64,000 nt of DNA. Origin: Lama glama. Lineage: Eukaryota. Shown here one piece after another: positions 39,120 through 49,640 of this stretch. The notes under the pieces were generated by a model. The model saw only the letters and a list, made by a program, of their open reading frames with translations, did not search any database and was not told the origin of the DNA. Both the position numbers and the translations under genes were made by a program. The stretch spans positions 22,880,001 to 22,944,000 of the forward strand of contig CM052818.1 in NCBI GenBank assembly GCA_028534125.1, in the 5' to 3' direction. Within the stretch, counting starts at the first letter, position 1; each line of letters begins with the position of its first letter.

Positions 39120-39925
39120 CTTATTTATACATTTCACCAAATATTTACTGAATGTGCTTTCTGTGCCAGTGGCTTTTCTAAGTCTTGGAAAATAAGATTA
39201 AGTGAACAAAACATGCCTAAATCCTGCCCTCATGGTGCTTCTGTTGCCGTAGGGAGAGATGCAGAAAACAAAGTAGAATACAGTGTGTTAGATGGTGATA
39301 AGTGCTATGGAGAAAAATAAAGCAGGAAGATAGTGTAAAGGGGGGGGGCATATAGTCCCAAAAAGAGTGGTAAGGGGAGGTCTCACTGAGAAGGTGACAT
39401 TAGGTGAAGGTGCAAGCCACGTTGATGGAGAATATCATTCTAGGCAGATGGAACATGGCCTGGTGCCTGGGAGGTTTAAGAGGCTAGTCCAGTAGGCTGG
39501 GGCAGAGAAAGGGGATGATGTCAGGGGTGCGGGGCAATGTGAGTGGTGCATCTCATAGAGTTCTGAAAGTCACTGTAAGAACATTGAGTTTTGCTCAGTG
39601 AGCTAAAAGGCTTTTGGGTGGATTTGAGCTGAGTAGTGACATACAACCAAACAGTTACTGTTTGCTGCATTAAGAGTAGACTGCAGGGCAGCAAGGGTGG
39701 AATGGAAGCAGGGTGACCAGTTAGGAGGCTATTATAAAAAAAGTCCAGGAGTTTGGACCAGAGTGTGGATTGGGAAAGATAGGTGAGAACTGGTCAGGTT
39801 CAGAATATCGCTTGAAGGTAGAGCCAAAAGGATTTGCAAATGTGTGAGAGTATTAAGAACAATTTCAAGGTTTTTGCCTAAGTACCTGGAAGGATGGTAT
39901 TGTCATTTATTGAAATGAGGAAAGA
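39120..39925 (-). mobile_element. L2 LINE 3' fragment in COX7A2L intron 1
   Basis: aaatatttactgaatgtgc...cctgccctcatgg...ggtgataagtgctatggagaaaaataaagcagg...tcactgagaaggtgacat. Confidence 0.7.
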
Positions 39926-40678
39926 CTTATTGGAGGCTCATAATTCTTCTAGGGTGGGGCAACCACAGCCCTGGGAGAGGTGAGGGATTTGCTCTAGATC
40001 TCTTCCTGTAAATACAGCTTCCTGGTCTACTCTTAAGAACCCTAGTGCTAGTCTTATATAGCTGCCTTGAAACACGGGAAACATTGACTACTCTTAAATT
40101 GTTAGGAGTTTTAATGATGGATAGGGTGTAGTAGCTTACCACCATATCCATTTGCTTTACCTGTGGGGCCGAGACAGCTGAATTATTGTTTCTTCCAGAT
40201 TGAGATTTGTTTTTTACTTTGTGTCTGGAAAGTTTCTGAAGTCTGCTTCGGGGTTAGAGATTTCATGTTGGTACATCTTTTCACCCTGAGGAGAAAAGGG
40301 ACAGCTGGTCTCTTTTGAAATCTAAGCCAAATTCATACAGATTATACATGTTTTACTGGTTTGATGAGACACTATAGGTATATCTGGAAGCTCAGCCTGG
40401 GCCTCTGTTGTGGTTTGCTCCTTCTCCCCACCCCACTGCACTGCTTTTTAAAGGTAAGAGTTCTTGACTGGGTTTCTCTGGGAAAGTGGGCTACGGTGTT
40501 TTGTTGAAAGTTTAAGAACTTTAAACCTAAAGGCTTTGCAACGTAGAGTTGAAGAGACTTTCCTTCCCTCTTACATGGTGGAATGACTGCCTCCGTTCTT
40601 CTAGGCAGCCTGCTCCTGGCAAGGTTTGTTTAGATGCCCAGTCATAATTTCAGCTTGACCTTTTCTTTTTTTCTACAG

Positions 40679-40807
40679 GGATTACGGCCTTTGGTTTCCA
40701 AAGAAGCACCACCTATCATATTTGCCACACCAACTAAACTGAGTTCTAATTCTGCATATGATTATGCTGGGAAAAACAAAGTTCCAGAGCTACAAAAGTT
40801 TTTCCAG
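40679..40807 (+). CDS. COX7A2L: COX7A2L coding exon 2, GLRPLVSKEAPPIIFATPTKLSSNSAYDYAGKNKVPELQKFFQ
   Basis: Acceptor ttttcttttttttctacag|G and donor CAG|gtgaga; 129 nt, phase 0-0; conserved PPIIFATPTKL and YAGKNKVPELQKFFQ motifs. Confidence 0.97.
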
Positions 40808-42031
40808 GTGAGAGAAGATACTCTAGAACAGTGAAGACAGTGATGTAAATAGGCTTAAAAAACCCTATGAGATTGAGTCTTAACCTAGTTTGCTACCCAC
40901 TTCCCTCTTTTTCCTTAAATAGAATTCTCTTGATTTTAGTTTGAGCCATAAACTAGGAGAATTTTATTTAGGTACAAACTGATGAAAGAGGGGAGAGTGA
41001 TCCATTTCCTCCTCAGTATTTAAAGGTATGGAGGTTTTCAAATTGCATGTATAGCTGTTGATCATCCATTGGATGGAGGAAGCAATAGTTTGTATAATGT
41101 ATAACAACATTGAACAATCCAGTATATATTTGGCTTTGTGATACACAGTGATTTTCTGTAGTGAATTTTCTTCTAATTGTTTTTTTACTTACTTGATACT
41201 AAAATTTACTGAGCTATTGCTAGAAGTGGAGGAGGCTCTCTTGGGTTTGCTGATCAGCAGAGAGAAGCCAGAATTGGATTTTAAAATATTATTAATGTTA
41301 ATCTACATACAGATGATTCAGAGGTCAGTGATCCGACTACATCTCAGGCACTGTGGGAGTGGCAGTGGCTGGTACTGTTGTTGCTCGAAGGTAGCTTTCT
41401 CCTCCTCAAAAATGTGTCCAGGTTCAGGACTGGCTTAGGGACTTTTGATCAATTTAATCTCTTTATCTGATAAGACTTGAATGGGCATTGGGGCCTTCAG
41501 TTGCAGTATGGAGAGATTTTGGAGACTGTGCAAAATAATGGATTGAACATTCTGTGGGATCTCATTATTACATAGGGGTTTATCAGCTTAACAGAAAGAA
41601 AGTAATTAAATACAAAATGGACTTGATATTCAGACTTAATCCACTAATGATCAGAAGTCACATTAAATGTAGAGCATCTCTTGTGCCTACATGCCTTTGA
41701 TTAGCTGCTGATTACCTTTGCCTTTTAAAAAACTAACCAGTGCTCCTTTTGTAATTAAGCAATATATGATAAATTTTTTAGAAAGTTGAAATTTGTTGCA
41801 TGAATGTTCCTGAGGCTGCATTTTGAAGAATGACTTTGGACTTACAAGCTTTAGCTACATTTATAAGAAAATATATCAGTATTTCAGTTAGCATTCTAGT
41901 AGATTAGGACTTTTCTCCACTGCAGTGGGTTGATGGATTAGTTATAAAGTTAGAGGCATTTGCTCTAGATTAGCCTAAATTGTAAAATCTTTTTCTTATC
42001 AACCATGTACTTGATAATTCTTTCTTTCAAG

Positions 42032-42172
42032 AAATCTGACGGTGTGCCCATCCACCTGAAACGAGGCCTGCCTGACCAAATGCTTTACCGGACCACCATG
42101 GCGCTGACGGTGGGAGGGACCATCTACTGCCTGATCGCCCTCTACATGGCTTCACAGCCGAGAAACAAATGA
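42032..42172 (+). CDS. COX7A2L: COX7A2L coding exon 3, [46 protein letters not shown]
   Basis: Acceptor ttctttctttcaag|AAA; COX7A-family core and TM helix; TGA at 42170-42172; spliced total 24+43+46=113 aa. Confidence 0.97.
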   Translation, partial: KSDGVPIHLKRGLPDQMLYRTTMALTVGGTIYCLIALYMASQPRNK

Positions 42173-42249
42173 GTTAGGCTGTTGAGGACTGGTTTGCTTT
42201 TTGGCATAAACCCTTTGAATTTTCATTTTATTTCTGTAAATTTTTTTTT

Positions 42250-42749
42250 NNNNNNNNNNNNNNNNNNNNNNNNNNNNNNNNNNNNNNNNNNNNNNNNNNN
42301 NNNNNNNNNNNNNNNNNNNNNNNNNNNNNNNNNNNNNNNNNNNNNNNNNNNNNNNNNNNNNNNNNNNNNNNNNNNNNNNNNNNNNNNNNNNNNNNNNNNN
42401 NNNNNNNNNNNNNNNNNNNNNNNNNNNNNNNNNNNNNNNNNNNNNNNNNNNNNNNNNNNNNNNNNNNNNNNNNNNNNNNNNNNNNNNNNNNNNNNNNNNN
42501 NNNNNNNNNNNNNNNNNNNNNNNNNNNNNNNNNNNNNNNNNNNNNNNNNNNNNNNNNNNNNNNNNNNNNNNNNNNNNNNNNNNNNNNNNNNNNNNNNNNN
42601 NNNNNNNNNNNNNNNNNNNNNNNNNNNNNNNNNNNNNNNNNNNNNNNNNNNNNNNNNNNNNNNNNNNNNNNNNNNNNNNNNNNNNNNNNNNNNNNNNNNN
42701 NNNNNNNNNNNNNNNNNNNNNNNNNNNNNNNNNNNNNNNNNNNNNNNNN
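42250..42749. other. Assembly gap (500 N)
   Basis: Exactly 500 N directly after a poly-T run. Confidence 0.99.
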
Positions 42750-43334
42750 AATATTTTTGGCTTGTTTATAAAATGCTCATGGTCTGTCGGAGCTCATTCG
42801 ATAGCTAAAACTATTGTTTAAAGAAATGGCTGCTGCCCTCTGCGTTTGGTCTCCTGATTTCCCTGGAGGTTCCAAATGAAGGTTGCACACAGGCTCATTA
42901 ATGGCAGTCTGTGCTGAGGTTCTTGGGGACTAATAGTGGAATTTTGAGCATGGGGTGGAGAAGCCTTTCTGGATTTGGATGTGACTGAGGAAAGAAGATA
43001 GAAGCCAAGGCCAGGCACATGAAATGAGGTATTTGATAAGTTAGTAGTCACACTGGGGATTTTGCCATCTTGCAGTAAAATGTTAATAGAAATTACTTGC
43101 AGCCTGCCTCTGTTCATTGGGCAGTTTGTTTCAAAGGGTTATTTGCATCATCTCAGATCTTTAGTGAATTTTTTTGTGTAATTGTTAACGTATTTATTCC
43201 ACCATGGGAACAGAGAACACCTATTTTGTGTTGCACTTTAGACCAATGTCTGTTTTATTAAATGCATCTGTGACACAAATTCTTTACCTTTTAAAAATGT
43301 TATGGCTTTAAATTATGATTTGTTTTAATTGTGG

Positions 43335-43340
43335 AATAAA
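43335..43340 (+). terminator. Probable COX7A2L polyadenylation signal AATAAA
   Basis: Canonical hexamer after a U-rich tract at the end of repeat-free 3' UTR-like sequence. Confidence 0.7.
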
Positions 43341-43819
43341 TACATGAATGGTAAAACATCTCAAGTTTGACATCCTTTTAAGTAAGCTTTCAAAATAATT
43401 TCGGAATACACCAGAGGCATCTTAAACCTGAGTTTAATTTCTTTCTTTTTAATTAGACACCAGATGATCTTTACAAAACTGTTCCTCAAAGTCAAATAAT
43501 AGGTGAGTGGCATATTGATGATTACCATATGATATGGTTCCTTATAAGAAATGGGCTTGCCCCTTAGTGAAATGTGCCTGTAACACATAGTTCATTTATA
43601 CAGTAATTTCCTGTGCTGTCACAATTCATAGACCTCATGTACCCTATATTAGTGCTGAAAAAAGGTAGAATTTTATTATATAAAGTGGTGGTGTGTATTT
43701 TGCCATAGCAAATAACAGTGACCTCTTAGGAGAAAATACGGCATGTGAAAACACTCAATAGCATTCTCACAAGCCGGGAAGCCCTCATTTGTCTGTACAA
43801 GTATAAATTTCCCCCAAAT

Positions 43820-44900
43820 TTTTATTTTGAAAAATTTCAGACTACAGAAAGATTGTAAGAACAGTACAGTATACCTGTATGTTCTTCACGTAGTCACCAG
43901 TTATCAGTATATTGCCCCTTTTGTTTTTTCTTGCTCTCATACACAGGCACACATAATGATCATATATACTCACATGTATTTGGTTTTTGCTGAATCATTT
44001 AAGATTAAGCAATGGAATTACAGTAATTCAGCCATAAATGCTTAAGCCAGTATCTCCTAAGAATATAGACATTTAGTTGTCATGCCCCTTTAGTTTCCTT
44101 TTGTCCAGAACAGTCCCCAGTGTCCTTGTGACATTGACCTATTTGAAGAGTTCAGGGCACTGTTTTGTAGAATATCCTTCAACTTGGATTGTCTTACTGT
44201 CTCCTTATGAGTGGATTCAGGTTAAGCATTTTTGTCAGGAATTCTTCATATGTGGTGTGGTATTATTGTGTCAGGTGGCGCTTGATACCAGTTTGTCCCA
44301 TTATTGGAGATTGAAGTTGGTTAACTTAATTAAAACATTGTCTGTCAGGTTTCTGCCTTGTAAAGATACCCTTTCCCCTTTATAAATGCTTTATTTTTTT
44401 GTAGGGGGTGGTGGAGGTAATTAGACTCATTTATTTATCTTCTAATGGAGGTACTGGGGATTTAACCCAGGACCTCATGCATGCTAAGCACATGCTCTAC
44501 CACTGAGCTATACCCTCCTCTCTCCACTTGATAATTAATAACTAATCTCTGGGGCGATATTTGAGACTGAGAATATTGTGTCCTCAGTGGTTTTGCACCC
44601 AGTGTTAGTGTTCATTGGTGATTCTTGACTGAATTGTTTATTACTAAGGTAGTTGTAAAAAAGTGATTTTCTACATTGTTGACATATTTCAGTGAAGATG
44701 AGTACTCTCCTTTTAAGAGGTTTTAGTGTAATTTTCTCATTCAGTGTAATAACTGTCTGTGTCATTATTCATGCTGATGCTCAGATTCAGCCCATATTGG
44801 CTTCTGTGTCCTACTGACATGCCCCTATTAGTCTTTGAGCATTTCTTTGCTTTCTGATACGCAGGATGCTTTCCATGTTTCTCTTGTATTTTCTCAACCC
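43820..44900 (-). mobile_element. Old L1MC-like 3' region, host of the 44386 SINE
   Basis: tttattttgaaaaatttcagac...gtgacattgacctatttgaagagttcagg...ggcttctgtgtcctactgacatgcccc. Confidence 0.6.
44386..44520 (-). mobile_element. tRNA-Ala-derived SINE (Vic-1-like), long form nested in an old L1
   Basis: Same body and tail segment as the 23271 copy; degenerate TSD tttcccctttataa / tctccacttgataa. Confidence 0.8.
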
Positions 44901-46189
44901 CAGTGTCTTCTGTTTACCTTCAGGTATATTCTATTCATGTATGCAGATGCATTTTCCTTCTCTGCCTGTTTTATTTTTGCCTAGCTGGTACGTTTCCTCT
45001 GCTCATAGTTTGGAGTTGTTCTCTATCTCATTTTCTGCATTGTATTCCATTTTATATGAATACACCGTAGTTTATTTAACTAGTTTCCTTTTGATGGGTA
45101 TTTGGTCTTAAGTTTTTTGCTTTTACAAACGCTGCCTTAAATGTATAATCTTTGCAGGTCATTTTACATGTTGAATATATTTGTAGAATAATTTCTAGAA
45201 GTGAGATTTACAAGGCAGAGAGAATGTGCATCTCCAATTTTGATAGCTGTTCTTCACTACAAGAGATGGTGCTGATGGTGCCTATTTAGCCGTGATGAGG
45301 GTGCCTGTTCCTCCTTCCCTTTGTCAGCCAAATGCATTATCAAACTTTTTCATCTTTGCCAGTCTGATAAGTGATAAAATTTCTCTGGTTTAACTTGCCT
45401 TTCTGTTGTAATTAGTGATGTTGAATATTTTTCTTTTATTTAAACATTAAACTTTTTAATGTTTTTAATGTTTTTTTTTAAATAGTAAGTTATATTTCCT
45501 TTTTTGTGAACTATCTAATCATGTACTTGGCCTACTTATGTCCAGGTGCCTTTTGATAATGCTGTAAATGTCACTGGTCCATCAGGCTGACTTCCTCAGA
45601 AACAGTCTCTGCTGACTCCTCTCTGAGCCAAAACTCTTCTGATTGCAAGTACCAGAAATTCATTAAAGCCAGGCAATGCAGAAAGGGGGATTTTCCAGAA
45701 CCCAAGTGGAGCTGGGTCTCACAAGGCGTACATACCTTTGGGACCAAAGTGCTTGTCCTTCCTGTCATTCTCTTTGCCATGCAGCTGTTTTAACCATGTT
45801 TCTGTGCACCAGCTGTTTCTGTTTCTTGTCACACATGGTGGGAAACGGTTGTCTAGCCACTGAAACCAGCCCCAAATTCCAGAGGACAGAATATTATTGG
45901 CCCCTTTTGGGTCAGGTGTCCCCCACTGAGCCAGTCAACTGTTTGGTGCCAGGCAGTGTGGGGAGATGCAGTAAAGGAGCTCAGTGCAGCCTGTTCTTGG
46001 GTCTTAACTGAAGGCTCTGAGCTTTTGCTGTGTTCCCAGTTAGGATTATTCCTTCTAAGCACAGTTCTTTGAACCTTTGCCAGGTTGGGTTGTCTACTCA
46101 GAGGGAGACCATCCTCTGTGTTAATGCTATCAACAGAGGGACAGTCACTTTTCTCACCTCTTCTAGGCCATTTGGTTTGCCCTTAACAA

Positions 46190-47300
46190 CAGTGGTCTGA
46201 GCACACATAGCCCTGGGGGTAGGAAGATGCCATGGAGTCCCCAGGCAGGGATAGTATTAAGGAAATCAATTTTTAGGACCTCAGCTTCCATTATACTTCC
46301 TAGAGTTGAGCTGAGAAGGCACCTAGCTTAAGGGGTTCCTTATAATCTTTTCCCGCTCTATAAAAAGAAGGCTAACCCCTCGCTGTTTCTAGGGAAGACG
46401 ATGATGTGTTGCCCTGCTGTCTAGGGTGCCATGGGTATAATTCTGAATGTTGGTAATGTTGAGAAAATGACTCTAATGACTGGGTACCAAATTCCTTTAC
46501 AAGTTACAAGTTTCCTGAGTCTGCTTTTAACAAAATTGAAGGGGGAACCAATTGAGCTGTCAGTTGATCATTAAAAATAATTACAAAACTTCCATTGCCA
46601 TCTATTTATTTCTGAGAACAAGGTTTCTCAGGACTTAATATCTATAAAAATGAAAAACAGAAACCGAGTTGGTGCTGAAACTCCTAACTTTAACAGTCAG
46701 CGAGAGTCATCCGTGGAAACATGAACCAGCTGTCTCCCTCTAGTCAGGTTGCATTTCTAGTCAGATTTTGCCCATACTAAATGATTATCAATATTTATAT
46801 TCTGTTGTTTTGAAATACGTACTGTGATTGAAACAGCGATCATAATAGAATAAGGTATTTTTTAATATTTAGAGGTTATGGTCACAGAAAATTTAACCAA
46901 ATTTAATATATCACAGAGAATTACAAATGTGATCAGTAATAGATCTTCAAGCATAAAAATGTATTTCATTAGGGTAAAGTTTCAGGGGTAAAATTTTAGG
47001 TGGAGGAGTGAAATGGAGATATAAGCTGAAGAAGAGATTTCTGACTGTTAAGTAGACATTTGTATTTTTAACTAGTTGAAGGTAGGTGTCTAACTGCGAT
47101 GGTATTTACAGTCCACTGGGTACATTTATGAGAGTGACTTAATAATTTAAGCTATTACTTACAATACACCAGAAACTATATTTCTTGCTGCTATTACAAT
47201 GAAAAAATTTAGATGTTAAGCTTACATAATACAAAGGGATACATACAAGATTTTCAGAATTCTTTTACGGTAAACAGGAGCAAGAAAGGTTGAAATGGAT
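46190..47300 (+). mobile_element. hAT-Charlie DNA transposon remnant with a degraded transposase C-terminus
   Basis: About 46586-46680 reads KLPLPSIYF*EQGFSGL/ISIKMKNRNRVGAE, like the hAT dimerisation motif LLPFxSTYLCExGFS..IKxKxRNRL; element ends approximate. Confidence 0.65.
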
Positions 47301-48937
47301 GCTTTATGCTTTTTCCAGAGAAGTGCCTGCTTATCCCTCCTTTATTTTCTAGCCGGATTCCCTTTCCAGGTCTGACTAGCTCTCCCTCTCCTTCCTGGCC
47401 CCTCACCCTCTGTGACTCTGGTGTGAAGCTGTCAATGCCTGGTGAGGATAGGGGTGGCTCTTTATAACACTGGCTGGCTTTCTTTGATCTACATACCTTT
47501 TCTCCCCTTGCTGTGTGTGGCTCTGGGCAGACTTCTCGGGCTTGTCTGACTTTCAGGCTTCTAATCTCCAAGTCTTCTTTCGGACTTTTTTTATGGTGGG
47601 AAGTTGTGCAAACCTTTCACTTTCTGGCCTATTGATATTCAGTAGCTAGAAGTTACACCAGGGGCAATAATGATTCGCTTAGAAATTCTGTACTCTCTGG
47701 TCCTAGTGACTTAATACATTTATTTGACGTTTTTGACTGTGCGTGCCCTGGGTTGGAGCACTCTAATCTAGCACCAAAGACTGTCCTTGTCAGAGTTGAG
47801 AAATGGGGCTTTGTTCTTACTGTTCCTCTTGTCATGTTCAGTGGCCATCATTCTTGGTCATCCAGGGCTGCTCTGACCCACAGTCGGTCATTAAGGAGTT
47901 CCACTAATCCTCTGCGTCTCCCAGATACTTAGCATGCAAAAGCACACACTATGAGGTGTCAGGGACCCCAAGATGAATCAGATACTTTTGTCTTTGTAAG
48001 CAAGCACTGTTATTATATTTAAGGAAACTCTTTTAATAATTATTTTTAGGTCCTTTTAGGTTATCTCTCAAGTCTCCTACGGTTGGTAAACCCCATGATC
48101 AAGAAACTCTCTTGTTATGGAGGAATTCCGCTGTTTCCCCTCACTTGTCCCAACCTCAGGGCTCTGAGGGACTAGTGGGGTTTGGTTGCTTGAGGACAGG
48201 CTGCTCCTGGCTGGGTGCAGGTTGGGGAAACCTGGCTGTGGCTTCTGGGCTGTAGTGGGTCAGCCTCATGATTGTGAAGGAGCCCAGCTGACCCTGGCTC
48301 TCTGCACCAACAGAGCAACTGGGGTGGCACAGCCACCTCCTGATAAGAGGATTGGGAGGATAGGTCATTTGCAGCTGTCACTTGTATAAGCTTGAATCAG
48401 GAATCCTGACCTTTGTGTGGCCTCAGGGCACTCAGGGTGCCGTGCTGCTGCGGAATGTGTTGGGATGGGCGGATTGAGACCATATGCTGCTTGCTCGGGG
48501 CCCAGAGTCTGTTAGAGCTGATTTCAAAGGAAGCTGGTGTAAAATACTAATGGAAGCAGGGGAAGCAGAGTGGCTGGAAATAACATTGTTTAGATAATAT
48601 TTTTTTCCTCAAGTTCTGACACAGCCCTCTTAGGACATCATGCCTTCCCTTGCCCTGACCTTGCCCATGTCCCTGAGCTTTGTCATGGTCACTTTGACTG
48701 TACCCTAGGGCTAGAGCACAGGTCCTTCAAGTTGTCTGACGTGTACCAGCCAGATTGGAATCTTTGCATCCCCCAAGTGTCATTCCGATGGAAGTCAGCT
48801 GAACAGCCCCAGGCTGTGAGAGATGGTGGGGTTGCCTCCCAGTCAGCAGGGAAGAAGTTTTAGAAAGAATCAGAAGCTCATTGCAAAAGGACCTTGATAT
48901 GGCTACAGACTACAACTGACAAAATTAGGGACCTGAG

Positions 48938-49640
48938 TTTTCTTTCTTTCTTTTAAACTTTTTAAAATCTGTTTTTATATATATGGTGGCTGCCATTAGC
49001 AAATCTCAAACTCCCAAATTTATCCTTTCCCATCCCCTTTTCCCTGGTAACCATAGGATTGTTTATTATGTGAGTCTGTTTCTGTTTTGTACATAGGTTC
49101 ATAGTGTCCCTTTTTTTTCTTTCTCTTTTTCTTTTAGATTCTACATATAAGTGATACCATATGGTATCTTCCTTTCTCTTTCTGGCTTACTTAGAATGAT
49201 GATCTCTGGGTCCATTCATGTTGTTGCAAATGATATTATTTTATTATTTTTTATGGCTGAGTAGTATTCCATTGTATAAATATACCACAACTTCATTATC
49301 CAGTCATGTGTTGATGGACATTTAGGTTGCTTCCATGTCTTGGCTATTGTATATAGTGCTGCTATGAACACTGGGGTTAATGTGTTTTTTCAAATTAGAG
49401 TTCTCTCCAGATATATACCCAGGAGTGGGATTGTGGGATCATATGGTAGGTCTATTTTTAGTTTTTAGAGAAATCTCCATATTGTTTTCCATAATGGTTG
49501 CACCAAAATGCATTCCCACCAGCAGTGTAAGAGGGTTCCCTTCTCTCCATATCCTCTCCAGCATTTATTGTTCATGGACTTTTGAATGATGGCCGTTCTG
49601 ACTGGTGTGAGGTGATACCTCATTGTAGTTTTGATTTGCT
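48938..49640 (-). mobile_element. L1 3' fragment
   Basis: caaatctcaaactccc...ttttagattctacatataagtga...ggtgtgaggtgatacctcattgtagttttgatttgc; similar to 1270-1910. Confidence 0.85.

Larger units (their letters stand above)
42173..43360 (+). other. COX7A2L: COX7A2L 3' UTR, interrupted by an assembly gap
   Basis: Follows the stop codon; ATTAAA at 43257-43262 and AATAAA at 43335-43340; end approximate. Confidence 0.7.

Noticed and set aside
42182..42808. 208-aa ORF
   Set aside because: Artefact of translating through the N gap
43142..43150. C/EBP-ATF (CARE-like) motif TTTGCATCA in the COX7A2L 3' UTR, also at 15425
   Set aside because: Short motif expected by chance in 64 kb; no supporting context
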